From Myxococcota bacterium (GTDB lineage: Bacteria; Myxococcota_A; Polyangia; Polyangiales; Sandaracinaceae): a stretch of DNA of 27,243 nucleotides. Positions 7,277 through 16,490 of the stretch are shown here, in pieces (within the stretch, counting starts at the first letter, position 1; the number at the start of each line of letters is the position of its first letter). A program made the position numbers and the translations under genes. The stretch is from the NCBI GenBank assembly GCA_036149055.1, contig JAYZQJ010000242.1:1-27243 (forward strand). Reading direction: 5' to 3'. A model generated the notes under the pieces. The model was not told the origin of the DNA, made no database searches, and saw only the letters and a list, made by a program, of their open reading frames with translations.

Positions 7277-10200
7277 CGGCGCCTCCGCTGCCGAGCTCGC
7301 TGCCGACGACGCCGGGCGCGCCGCCGCTCGCTCGCCGAGGGCGGGGCCTCCTCGGCCTCCGGCTCCTCCGCCTCCTCGGCGGCCGGCGCGCCCCCGGTCG
7401 GGGCCGCCTCGCGCTCGGCCGGCGCCGCCTCGGGCTCGCCGCGGCGGAGCCCGTCGAGGGGCTGGGGCATCGGGATCGCCGCGCCGTCGGTGATGTCGCC
7501 GCCCATCTCGCGGAGCGGCGGGTACTGCACGTCGTTGAGGCGGGTGAGGCCCTCGCGCAGCTGCGCGGTCCAGCGGTTGAAGATGCGCAGCTCCAGCGCG
7601 GTCTGGTAGCCGCCCTCGTAGGCCTCGAGCGCGCGCTCCTCGATCGGGATGACGAAGCTCGAGAGCTGGTCGAAGTAGGCCATCTCCTCCTCCTCGCTCA
7701 GCCCCTCGGGGGTCGGCGTGTCGCGCAGGCCCTCGGCGTAGAGCTCGTAGCTCCGGCCGATCTGGAAGAGCGCGGCGGTGACGTACTCGGCCACCTGGAA
7801 CTGCACGACGTCGGCGAAGGCCTCGGCGGCGCGGCGGAGCAGCTCGCTCTTGCGCTCGAGGCGCTGGCGCAGCGAGTCCATCGGGCCGGCGATCTGGATG
7901 GCCTCGTACTCGGCGAGGATGCCCTCGGCCTGCCGGAAGCGCGCCTGCGCCGCGTAGTAGAGCCCGGTCTCGTTCAGCTGGTTGCGTCGCCGCCGCGCCA
8001 GCCGGACCGCCTGGTTGAGCGCGCTCGCGGCGCCGCTCGTGTCGCCGGCCCGGGTCAGCGCCTCGGCCATGCGGGTGTTCGCCTCGATCTGACGGTTCGA
8101 GTCGCGCGTCCGGCGGATGAAGCTGCGGTAGACCTGCGCGGCCTCGTTCCAGCTCTCCGCGCTCGCGTGCGCCTGGGCGATCAGGAAGGTGACCTCGGTC
8201 GCCGCCTCGCTCCGGCCGTGCCGCTCGAGGAAGCGCTCGCCGTTCTGCACGGCGGGGCCGCTCTCGCCCGCGGTCACCCGGAGCAGGGTCGCGTTGTAGA
8301 GGGCGTCCTCGGCCTGGTCGCCGTTCGGGAAGTGCTCGGCGTAGCGCTCGTAGAAGCGGGCCGCGTCGGAGAACTGCGCGATCGACTCGTACATCTGGGC
8401 GCCGTTCCAGGCCCCGCGCGCGCCGATCTCGCTGCCGGCGTGGTTGTCGATGAGCTGGTCGTAGGCGCTGGCCGCGCCGCCGAGGTTGCCGTCCGCCTGG
8501 TATTCGAGGCCGGCGTTGAAGTAGGCCTGTGGCGCGCGCTCGTCGCGGGGGAACTCGCGGGCGGCCCGCAGGTAGGCCTCGGCCGCGTCGGCGTGCTCAC
8601 CGCGCCCCGCGAGCTGCTCGCCGGTGGCGAAGACGGCGGTGAGGATGAGCGCGTCGAGGCGCCGCTGCGACTCCTCGGTCTGGAAGGCCGGCGAGTCCTT
8701 GAGGCGGCGGGCCCAGGTCTCGATGTTCTGGTAGTCGCGCGCCCGGTTGAAGCTCTCGAGGATCAGCTCGCCCGCGGTGACCGCGTAGGGGCTGTTCGGG
8801 AAGCGCTCGAGGAGCTGGCCGAAGAGGCGCACCGCGGGGTCGTAGATCTCGCGGTCGTAGTAGAGGCGACCCTGGCGGAAGAGGATCTCCGGCAGGTCGG
8901 GGTCGTCCGGGAAGAGCTCCACGTAGAGCTCGATCGCCGACGAGAAGCGCAGGTCGTTCTCGGTCTCGCCGCAGGGATCCGCGGGCGCCTCTTCCTCGGC
9001 GTCCTCGGCGTCGTCGTCCTGCTCCGCCGGCTCCTCCTCGGCGTCGGGCTCCGGCTCGGGCTCGGGGATCGGCGCGCCGCCGCCCGCGCGCTGCTGGGTG
9101 CAGCGCTGGAGCTGGGCCTCGCGGACCCGCTCGAACGCGCCGATCGCGTTGTAGAGGGAGTCGCGCGTGTAGCGCCCCTGGGGATCCTGCTGCGCGGCGA
9201 GGAGGTAGTTCTGCCCGGCCTCGTCGTAGCGCTCGAGGCGGTGGAAGAGGATCTCCGCCCGGTAGAAGCGCAGGTCGTAGCTGTTGTCGCCCTCGGGGAA
9301 GTGCTCGAGGTAGATGCCGTAGAGCTCTTCGGCGCGCTCGAAGAGGCGGTCCTGGTCCTCGCGCTGGGCGAGGTCGTGCCAGCGCATCGCGCGCACCCGG
9401 ATCGCGCGCTCGATCATCTCGCGCGTGTCGGCGACGAGCTGGGGATCCGACTGCTGGCTCACCCAGTTGCTGCCCTCGAGGTAGTTGGCGGCGAGGTCGC
9501 CGAGCGCCGCGACCGCCGCGTCCGGCTCGCCGAGCGCCGCGCGCCCGCGCGCGATCTGGAGCTGCCAGCGCGGGGCCCGCTCGTCGGCCGGCGTCCGCTC
9601 GAGCACGAGGGCGTAGGCCTCGATGCCGTTCTCCCAGCGGTCCTGCTCGTAGAAGCGCGCCGCGAGCCGCACGAGCACCCGGTCGGCGTAGCGCTCGCCG
9701 CCGATCTCCTCGAGGAAGGCGAACAGATCCTGCGCGGTGTTCGACTCGTCCTCGGTGAAGACCTGGATCAGGTACTCGAGGGCCTCGTTCTGGAGCTCGC
9801 GCAGGCGCTGCCGCTGGTCGGCGCTGACCCGGCCGCGCCCGCGCCCGAGGTCGAGCACCCGGCGGAAGCGGGTCGCCGCCTCGCGGGTCTGGTTCATGCG
9901 CCACAGGCACCACGCGCTCTTGAAGAGGGCGAGGCCGTAGAGCTCGCTCTCGCGGTAACGCAGCACCTGGTCGTAGCGGCCGAGCGCCGCCTGGAAGTCG
10001 GCCTCGGCGAAGCGCGCCTCGGCGAGCGCCATGTGCGCGTCCGGCACGAAGCGGCTCTCCGGGAACTCGTCGAGGATGCGGCGGTAGAGCTCGAGCGCGA
10101 TGTCCGGCCGGCCGGCCTCCGTCATCGCGAACGCCTTCATGTAGAGCACGAAGTCGTAGCGCGGGTAGTCGCGGTGCTGCTCGAGGATGCGGTCGTAGAG

Positions 10201-10719
10201 CGCGACCGAGACGGTGTAGTCGGGGCGGGGCGCGTCCGCGCTCCGGTTCTCCGCCGGCACCGCGTTCCACGCCTCGAAGGCCTCGAGGTAGTCGGCGCGC
10301 GCCTGCTCCCAGCGGAGCTCGGCGAGCCGGAGCAGCGCGTCGGGCATCTCGGCCGCGTCGTCGGGCTCCTCGCGGATGAACTCCTCGAGGAGCTGGATCG
10401 CGGTCTGCCGGCGCTGCACGAGGAGCTGCTCGCGCTCGCGGAGCAGGGTCTCGAGCTGCTGGTCCTGGAACTGCCGCGCGGCGTCGCCGAGGGCGTCGGG
10501 GCGCTCGCGGAGATAGAGGCGGTCCTCGAGGGAGTCGCCGCCGCCGCTCTGGCGGGTGCGCGTGGTGCCCACCTCGCCGTCCACGTCGGCGTCGTCGACC
10601 TCGATCCGGCGCTCCTCGGTCGGGTCCTGGAAGCGGCCCTCGATGTCGGCGCCGCGCTCCTGCGCCTCCGCCGCGGCCGGCGAGAGCAGCAGCGCGCCCA
10701 CGACGAGCCAGCGCCTCAT
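7273..10719 (-). CDS. gltD: GltD/AgmU/NfsD-like large periplasmic TPR protein (1148 aa)
   Basis: ATG 10719 (ATGA overlap with the gltC-like stop) and signal peptide MRRWLVVGALLLSPAAAEA. Many TPRs follow, and the C-terminal region AALFQIG...P.PEGLSEEEEMAY.DQL....PIEERA..AY is characteristic of the GltD family. Confidence 0.85.
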   Translation of the reverse strand: MRRWLVVGALLLSPAAAEAQERGADIEGRFQDPTEERRIEVDDADVDGEVGTTRTRQSGGGDSLEDRLYLRERPDALGDAARQFQDQQLETLLREREQLLVQRRQTAIQLLEEFIREEPDDAAEMPDALLRLAELRWEQARADYLEAFEAWNAVPAENRSADAPRPDYTVSVALYDRILEQHRDYPRYDFVLYMKAFAMTEAGRPDIALELYRRILDEFPESRFVPDAHMALAEARFAEADFQAALGRYDQVLRYRESELYGLALFKSAWCLWRMNQTREAATRFRRVLDLGRGRGRVSADQRQRLRELQNEALEYLIQVFTEDESNTAQDLFAFLEEIGGERYADRVLVRLAARFYEQDRWENGIEAYALVLERTPADERAPRWQLQIARGRAALGEPDAAVAALGDLAANYLEGSNWVSQQSDPQLVADTREMIERAIRVRAMRWHDLAQREDQDRLFERAEELYGIYLEHFPEGDNSYDLRFYRAEILFHRLERYDEAGQNYLLAAQQDPQGRYTRDSLYNAIGAFERVREAQLQRCTQQRAGGGAPIPEPEPEPDAEEEPAEQDDDAEDAEEEAPADPCGETENDLRFSSAIELYVELFPDDPDLPEILFRQGRLYYDREIYDPAVRLFGQLLERFPNSPYAVTAGELILESFNRARDYQNIETWARRLKDSPAFQTEESQRRLDALILTAVFATGEQLAGRGEHADAAEAYLRAAREFPRDERAPQAYFNAGLEYQADGNLGGAASAYDQLIDNHAGSEIGARGAWNGAQMYESIAQFSDAARFYERYAEHFPNGDQAEDALYNATLLRVTAGESGPAVQNGERFLERHGRSEAATEVTFLIAQAHASAESWNEAAQVYRSFIRRTRDSNRQIEANTRMAEALTRAGDTSGAASALNQAVRLARRRRNQLNETGLYYAAQARFRQAEGILAEYEAIQIAGPMDSLRQRLERKSELLRRAAEAFADVVQFQVAEYVTAALFQIGRSYELYAEGLRDTPTPEGLSEEEEMAYFDQLSSFVIPIEERALEAYEGGYQTALELRIFNRWTAQLREGLTRLNDVQYPPLREMGGDITDGAAIPMPQPLDGLRRGEPEAAPAEREAAPTGGAPAAEEAEEPEAEEAPPSASERRRARRRRQRARQRRRR

Positions 10720-12776
10720 TCGGCCTCCTCGTCGAGCGCCCGCTCCTCGTCGTCGAGGGCCTCCTCGTCGAGCGCCTCCTCGATCTCCTCGCCGTCGAGC
10801 TCGTCCTCTTCGAACTCGTCGGCCCAGTACTCGCCTTCGAAGGGCCAGTACTCCTCGTCGTCGCGGAGCAGCCCCTGCACCGAGAGCGGGTCCTGGAGCT
10901 CGGCCGGGAAGCGGCCGGCGGCGAGCGACTCGATCTGGATCTCGATGCGGCGCTTGCTGCCCATCACCGCGTCGATGCGGCCGATGCGCGAGCGCCGGAG
11001 GTAGCCGCCCAGGTCGCCCCGCAGGCGGCGCAGGGCCCGGAGCGCGGCGTCGTTGGCGGCGCCGACCATGCGCGCGCGGACCTGGCGGACGCGGGCGTCG
11101 AACTGCGAGGCCATCCGCCGGTCGCGGCGGAGCATGCCCTCGAGGTCGCCGTCGCCGGTGCCTGCCGCCGGCGGAGGCGTCGCGGCCCCCACCTGATCGA
11201 GCTGCTGCTCCATCGCGCCCACGCGCGCCCCGAGCCCGGCGAGCTCCCCCTCGAGCGGCTCGAGCTGCGCCTCGGTCGCCCCGGCCCGGCGCATCGCCTC
11301 GAGCTGCTCGGTCAGGGCCCGGAGCGCGGCGCGGGCGCCCGCGAGATCGGCCCGCAGGGCGGTGACCTCGTCGAGGCTCTGGATCTCGGCGTCCGCCGCC
11401 CGGGGCGCGTCGCTGCCGGCCAGCCGACCGAGGATCGCGCCGAGCTGCTCGTCCACCCGGCCGGCCCGCGCCGCCTCGGCGTCGAGGGTCCGGACCTCGC
11501 GGTACATCCGGTAGAAGGTCGGGTCGACCTCGAGCAGCGACAGGAGCAGGGCGTGCACGTCGACCGGCGCGTCGGCGCCCTCGCCCGGGGCCTCCCCTTC
11601 GGCCGGCGGGGGCGGGGTCCGGCCCTCGGCGGACAGCAGCTCCTCGAAGAGGCGCTCTTGCCGGGACGGGCTCTGGAGGATGCGGTCGATCTCGTGCACC
11701 ACCGGGGTGAACTGGGTCTGGAAGGCGCGGAAGAGGCGGTCGGCGTCCTCGAAGTCGCAGCGCGCGAGGTGCACGTATCCGCGGAGGAGCGACGCCTCGT
11801 GCACGTAGGGCGAGTCGGGGAAGCGCGTCTCGAGCTGGTCGAGCAGGTCGACGGCGGTGTCGTGGTCGTCGCCTTCGTACATCGCCCACGCCGCCTCGAA
11901 GAGCGCGGCCGCGACCCGGTCCGAGTCCTGCGGGACCTGGAAGTAGTAGTAGAAGGCGTCCTCGGGGCGGCGCGCCTCGTGGGCCACGCGGCCGAGCGCG
12001 AGCCAGGTGAGGTCGCGGATCTCGAAGTAGCGTCGATCGACGAAGAACGTGTAGCTGTCGGTGTCCTCGGTGGTCGCGATCGCGCAGAACTGGTCCTCGG
12101 CGTCGTCGAGCCGCCCGGCCTGCGCCGCGATCACGCCCTGGAGGTAGCGCGCGTTCGCGTAGAAGCGGCTGCGGCGGCCGACCTGCTCGAAGAGGCGGGC
12201 CGAGCCCTCCCAGTCGTGGGCGTCGTAGCGCTCGCGACCCTGGAGGTAGAGGAGCTCGTTCGCCGCGTCGGGCGGCAGGATCTCCTGCGGCGCCACCCCC
12301 TGCAGGCGCTCGATGGCCCGCGCCAGGTTCGCCTCCTCGAGGGCCACGTCGACCGCGCGCCGGTAGGCCGGGCCGAAGTAGGGATCCTCGGCGCCGCGCT
12401 CGAGGATCCGCTCGAGGTAGCGCCACGCGCTCCGGAGCGCGCCCAGACGCTGCAGCGCGCCGGCCAGCATGAACTCCGCCTCGCGGTACTCGTCGAGGCT
12501 GTTGAAGTCGCGGAAGCGCGGGCTCTCGACCGCCTCGTAGAGGATCCGCTGGGCCTCCTCGAAGCGATCGTCGAGGTAGAGGCGCTCGCCGGCGCGCACG
12601 AGGTCACGGAGCTGGGAGGCCGACCCGGTCTCGCGGGCGAGCAGCCGCCGCTCCGCCATCGCGTCGTAGTAGCGGGTCAGCGCGGTGCCGGCCTCGTCGG
12701 TCGCCGTCTCCTGCGCGGAGGCCGTCAGCGGCGCGGCGAGCAACGAGCCGAGCGCGATCCAGAGGAGGGCCCTCAA
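10716..12776 (-). CDS. gltC: GltC/NfsC-like secreted TPR/coiled-coil protein
   Basis: TTG start, signal peptide and TPRs (ALFEAAWA), a long coiled coil, then the C-terminal EYWPFEGEYWADE motif characteristic of GltC-family proteins and an acidic tail. Confidence 0.8.
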   Translation of the reverse strand: MRALLWIALGSLLAAPLTASAQETATDEAGTALTRYYDAMAERRLLARETGSASQLRDLVRAGERLYLDDRFEEAQRILYEAVESPRFRDFNSLDEYREAEFMLAGALQRLGALRSAWRYLERILERGAEDPYFGPAYRRAVDVALEEANLARAIERLQGVAPQEILPPDAANELLYLQGRERYDAHDWEGSARLFEQVGRRSRFYANARYLQGVIAAQAGRLDDAEDQFCAIATTEDTDSYTFFVDRRYFEIRDLTWLALGRVAHEARRPEDAFYYYFQVPQDSDRVAAALFEAAWAMYEGDDHDTAVDLLDQLETRFPDSPYVHEASLLRGYVHLARCDFEDADRLFRAFQTQFTPVVHEIDRILQSPSRQERLFEELLSAEGRTPPPPAEGEAPGEGADAPVDVHALLLSLLEVDPTFYRMYREVRTLDAEAARAGRVDEQLGAILGRLAGSDAPRAADAEIQSLDEVTALRADLAGARAALRALTEQLEAMRRAGATEAQLEPLEGELAGLGARVGAMEQQLDQVGAATPPPAAGTGDGDLEGMLRRDRRMASQFDARVRQVRARMVGAANDAALRALRRLRGDLGGYLRRSRIGRIDAVMGSKRRIEIQIESLAAGRFPAELQDPLSVQGLLRDDEEYWPFEGEYWADEFEEDELDGEEIEEALDEEALDDEERALDEEAE

Positions 12777-12780
12777 GGTC

Positions 12781-13593
12781 TCACTCCTCCGACGCCGCCG
12801 GCGCGCCCGCGGGCAGCGCGCGGGTGGCCACGCGCATGCGGGTCCGCACGTCGTAGCGGCCCTCGCCGCCGCTCGGGAAGCTGCGCGCCATGTCGGAGCC
12901 GTCCTCGAGGATCAGGGTGACCTCGCTGAGGCGCTCGCGCGCGACCATGAAGCGGTAGCTCTCGCGGACCTCGTAGCGGTAGGCGTCGTCCTCGCGGGAG
13001 CGCTGCTCGAGCTCGAGGGTGAGCACGTGGGGCCCGGGGGCGAGCGCGCCGGCGAAGAGGTTCTGCCCCTGCGCGCCGCGCTCGAGCGGGCCGTCGCTCC
13101 GGAAGATCGGCGCGCCGTCGAGGTGCACGGTGAGCCGCGACAGGGTGACGTTGTCCCCCGTGCGATCCTGCAGGTCCACGGTGATGCGGGTCCGGAAGAG
13201 CTCGGCGCCGAGGGCGTGGACGCGCATCCGGGCCTGGACGAGATCGTCCATGAGCGAGACGTAGTCGGCGCGGATCGGCGAGACGTCCGGCGGCGCGGGG
13301 CCGGGATCGAAGGCCTCGGCGGGCTGCTCGCTCGGCTCCACGGGCGGCGGCGGCTCCGTCTCCGCCTCCTCGCCCTCGACCGGGGTGGCGGGCGGCGCCT
13401 CGGCGTCTTCGGCCTCGGCGGGCTCCTCGGTCTGCTCCGGCTCGGTCTCCTCGACCTGGGTGGTCTCCTGCGGCGGCGGCTGCCGACGTCGACGGCGGCG
13501 GCGACGCTGCGCGTCCGCCTCCTCGGCGAAGAGCGCGACGAGGAGCAGCGCGGCGACGAGCGTGAGGAGTCGGGTCGTCAGACGCATGGTCAT
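12781..13593 (-). CDS. Secreted protein of the glt-like operon: Arg8 N-terminus, Glu/Pro-rich linker, beta-sandwich domain
   Basis: ATG 13593 overlaps the barrel stop (ATGA). The signal peptide ends ADA, followed by QRRRRRRRRQPPP, a low-complexity EPAE linker and a beta-rich domain (LSRLTVHLDGAPIF...LFAGALAPGPHVLTLEL). Confidence 0.8.
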   Translation of the reverse strand: MTMRLTTRLLTLVAALLLVALFAEEADAQRRRRRRRRQPPPQETTQVEETEPEQTEEPAEAEDAEAPPATPVEGEEAETEPPPPVEPSEQPAEAFDPGPAPPDVSPIRADYVSLMDDLVQARMRVHALGAELFRTRITVDLQDRTGDNVTLSRLTVHLDGAPIFRSDGPLERGAQGQNLFAGALAPGPHVLTLELEQRSREDDAYRYEVRESYRFMVARERLSEVTLILEDGSDMARSFPSGGEGRYDVRTRMRVATRALPAGAPAASEE

Positions 13594-14309
13594 GGCGTGA
13601 ACGGGATGAACACCGAGAGCCCGAGGGTCGCGGTGATGTTGTTGACGATCGCCGACTCGCCGAGCAGCTCCTGCTGGAGGACCTGATCCCGGACGTCGAT
13701 GCGGAGGGAGAACCACTCGTCGAAGAAGAACTTGATGCCGATGCCGGCGCTGAAGGTCAGCCCGCGCGAGGTCTGGTTGTCGGTGAGGCCGCCGCCGATG
13801 GCGAGGTTGAAGTCGAAGCGGCTGATGCCGTCGCCGAACCAGCGCAGCTTCCCGTAGGCGATCGACCAGATCAGGTGGGCCTGGTAGACGTAGACCGGCG
13901 CCTCGATGCGGATCAGGGAGATGCCCCGGTCGTTCTCGATGATGCGCACCAGCTCCGAGTCGGACTGGCTGTAGGCGAAGCTCGCCTCGAGCCCGAGGTC
14001 CTCGGTGACGTGGAACGTGTAGGCGCCCTGGATCAGGTAGGACGCGCTCAGGAGATCGGCGGCGTAGACGCCGCCCATGACGCTCAGCTCGTGCCGCAGG
14101 GCCTTCTGGAACAGCCGCTCACGCACGCCGCGATAGCGCCGGCGCGCGTTCAGCTCGTCCCGGATCGCCTCGTCGATGCACTGCGCGCTCGCCTGGGTGG
14201 GGGAGATCGCGCTCTCGGCGATCGGAGCGGCCGTGGCCAGGGAGAGGAGAAGGGCGAGCCGCACCCACCGAGCCCCACTCTCACCCTGGAAGGGCAAACG
14301 AGATCCCAT
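13590..14309 (-). CDS. Outer-membrane beta-barrel protein, GltA/GltB/NfsA family
   Basis: Signal peptide; RLFQKALRHEL, YTFHVTEDLGLEA, YGKL, GIGIKFF...WFSLRIDVRD and GLSVFIP amphipathic strands typical of myxobacterial Glt-associated OmpA-like barrels. First gene of the operon; start position somewhat uncertain. Confidence 0.85.
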   Translation of the reverse strand: MGSRLPFQGESGARWVRLALLLSLATAAPIAESAISPTQASAQCIDEAIRDELNARRRYRGVRERLFQKALRHELSVMGGVYAADLLSASYLIQGAYTFHVTEDLGLEASFAYSQSDSELVRIIENDRGISLIRIEAPVYVYQAHLIWSIAYGKLRWFGDGISRFDFNLAIGGGLTDNQTSRGLTFSAGIGIKFFFDEWFSLRIDVRDQVLQQELLGESAIVNNITATLGLSVFIPFTP

Positions 14310-14381
14310 CGCGCACTGTGGTACCCGGCGGCGCCGTTCGGTGTCAACGAGCGCGCGTCCCGGATCGCTTACCCTCGGGGG

Positions 14382-14945
14382 GTGCCGCCTCCGTTCGTGC
14401 TGCCCAACTGCGTGCTCCGCCCCTGGCGGCACGACGACCTCGACTCCCTCGTCCTGCACGCGAACGACCCGCGCGTGGCCGCGACGGTTCGGGATCTGTT
14501 CCCGTCACCCTACACGCGGGAGGAGGGCGAGCGCTGGCTGGCCCACGCGACCAGCGCCGGCCGGCAGCGGAACCTCGCCATCGAGGTCGGCGGCGCCGCG
14601 GTCGGCGGGATCGGCATGGAGCCGGGCGAGGACGTGCACGAGATCCGGGCCGAGATCGGGTACTGGCTCGGGCACGCCTTCTGGAACCGCGGCGTGATGA
14701 CCGAGGCGGTGCGCGCCTTCAGCCACCACCTGCTGGAGGAGCGCGGCTTCCTCCGCCTCGAGGCGCCGGTGTTCGAGATCAACCCCGCCTCCGCCCGGGT
14801 GCTCGAGAAGAGCGGCTTCGAGCGCGAGAGCACCCAGCGGTGCGCCGCGCTCAAAGCCGGTCGGGTCATCGACGTCTGGATGTACGTGCGGCTCTCGTCC
14901 GACGCGCTCAGGCGGCGGCGCGATCGCCCGGCTTCGGGACCGTGA
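14382..14945 (+). CDS. GNAT N-acetyltransferase, RimJ/RimL family
   Basis: LRPWRHDD, FPSPYT, AEIGYWLG..FWNRGVMTEA and N.ASARVLEKSGF; GTG start inferred at 14382. Confidence 0.9.
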   Translation: MPPPFVLPNCVLRPWRHDDLDSLVLHANDPRVAATVRDLFPSPYTREEGERWLAHATSAGRQRNLAIEVGGAAVGGIGMEPGEDVHEIRAEIGYWLGHAFWNRGVMTEAVRAFSHHLLEERGFLRLEAPVFEINPASARVLEKSGFERESTQRCAALKAGRVIDVWMYVRLSSDALRRRRDRPASGP

Positions 14946-16479
14946 GCAGGAAACACGTCCCGCTCGGGCCGGTCTGCACGTCGATGTAGCCGCCCTGGGA
15001 GAGCACCGCGCTGCGCACCGCGCTCATGCCGACGCCGCGGCCGCTGATGTCGGTGGCCACGTCGGCGCTCGAGACGCCGTCCTCGAAGATGAGCGCGATC
15101 TTCTGCTGGGTGCCCATGCGGGCGACCGTCTCCGCGTCGACCCGGCCGAGGGCGACCGCCTTCTGCGTCAGCCGCTCGACCGGGATGCCGCGCCCGTCGT
15201 CCTCGACCCGCACCTCCCAGGCCGGGCCCGCGTCGACGAGGCGCACCGAGATCGAGCCCTGGGCCGGCTTGTCGCCGCGCTCCCAGCTCGGCTCGATGCC
15301 GTGGTCGATCGCGTTCCGGACGAGGTGCGAGAGGTTGCGGAGCACCGGGCGCATCACCTCGGCGTCCACCAGCAGCGCCGCGCCCTCGAGCTCGAAGGAC
15401 ACGTCCTTCTCGAGGCGCTCGCCGAGCTTCTCGACGAAGGCCGTCATCGGTCCGAGGAACTCGTGCGCCGGCCGCTGCACGATCTGGCGGATCCAGCCGG
15501 TCACCTCGTTCATGTTGGCCGGGTCGGCGGCGAGGGCGCGCAGGCGCCGGATCTTCTCCGCCGGGATCTCGAAGGCCGGCTCGACGTCGTCGTAGTCGAG
15601 GCCGAGCACCGCGGTGTTCGCCTTCAGGTAGGCCCGCATCGACGCGTGGATCGCCATCAGGTCGTCCACGCCGAGCGTCTCGCCCTGCTCCAGCTCGTGG
15701 GTGAGCTGGACGACGGAGTCGAGGCCCCAGGAGGCGGCGTTGCCCTTCACCGTGTGCACCACCCGCCGCACGATGACCTGGTCGTCGATCGTCTCGACCG
15801 CCATCTCGAGGCTGGTGCGGGTGTCCATCACGAACTGCTCGAAGGCGCTCTTCTGCTGGAGGATGCCGATGAGGACCTCGCGGTGGCGAGCTTCGCGCTC
15901 CGCCGCCTCGAGCGCCGTGATGTCGCTGACGGTGAAGAGCACGCCCTCGACCGCGTCGTCGTCGTCGCGCACCGCGCGGGCCTCGAGGCGAAGCACGCGA
16001 CCCTCGATCTCGAAGCGCTTCGGGAGCTGGTCGACGGTGACCTCCTCCGGCATGAAGTCCTCGAAGATCTGGTCGAGGCCCAGCGCCATCTCCGCCGACT
16101 GCTTGGCGCCGCAGCGCAGCAGCTCGGTCAGCGCGCCGCCCACCTCCGGCTCACGGCCGAAGAGGGCCTCGCAGGACCGCGTGAAGCCCTCTCGGATCGC
16201 GCCGTCGGCGCCGACCACGAGGAAGCCGAAGGTGACGTGGTCGAGGATCGTGCGGATCGCCTTGGTGCGCTCGCGCACCTGATCCTCGAGGTTGGCCGCG
16301 CGGACCTCGGCCAGCTCGCGCCGGCGTCGGTTCTCCTCCTCGCGGTGTCGCGCCTTCTCGAGGGCCCGGTGGATCGGGCTCTGCGCGCCGCCGTCGTGCA
16401 GCTTGCGCACCTCGTGCTTCAGCACGTTCACGGTCTTCTCCGCCGCCTTCGCGCGGCGCTCCCAGCTCATGTCCGTCAT
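14908..16479 (-). CDS. Cytoplasmic CheA-class histidine kinase (coiled coil-PAS-like-Hpt-HATPase_c) lacking the CheW-like P5 domain
   Basis: Hpt HTVKGNA; CheA-type N box HLVRNAIDHGIE, G1 EDDGRGI, F box IFEDGVSS and G2 SGRGVGM. The protein ends a few residues after the ATPase domain. Confidence 0.9.
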   Translation of the reverse strand: MTDMSWERRAKAAEKTVNVLKHEVRKLHDGGAQSPIHRALEKARHREEENRRRRELAEVRAANLEDQVRERTKAIRTILDHVTFGFLVVGADGAIREGFTRSCEALFGREPEVGGALTELLRCGAKQSAEMALGLDQIFEDFMPEEVTVDQLPKRFEIEGRVLRLEARAVRDDDDAVEGVLFTVSDITALEAAEREARHREVLIGILQQKSAFEQFVMDTRTSLEMAVETIDDQVIVRRVVHTVKGNAASWGLDSVVQLTHELEQGETLGVDDLMAIHASMRAYLKANTAVLGLDYDDVEPAFEIPAEKIRRLRALAADPANMNEVTGWIRQIVQRPAHEFLGPMTAFVEKLGERLEKDVSFELEGAALLVDAEVMRPVLRNLSHLVRNAIDHGIEPSWERGDKPAQGSISVRLVDAGPAWEVRVEDDGRGIPVERLTQKAVALGRVDAETVARMGTQQKIALIFEDGVSSADVATDISGRGVGMSAVRSAVLSQGGYIDVQTGPSGTCFLLTVPKPGDRAAA

Positions 16480-16490
16480 CGGTCCGCCCC

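Noticed and set aside
6979..11004. 1341-aa + strand ORF and other long antisense or alternate-frame ORFs (e.g. 6215..7609, 11553..12920, 16536..18260, 21084..22928, 25461..27104)
   Set aside because: Shadow ORFs expected in high-GC DNA; they overlap genes with clear family motifs and have no recognisable domains.
10720..12426. N-terminal extension making gltD-like 1717 aa
   Set aside because: Arg/Pro/Gly-rich off-frame read of the gltC-like gene; the real start is ATG 10719 with a signal peptide and ATGA coupling.
14908..14945. Convergent 3' overlaps (GNAT/kinase 38 bp; also Ada-like/gltG 4396..4415)
   Set aside because: Short tail-to-tail overlaps are ordinary in compact GC-rich genomes.
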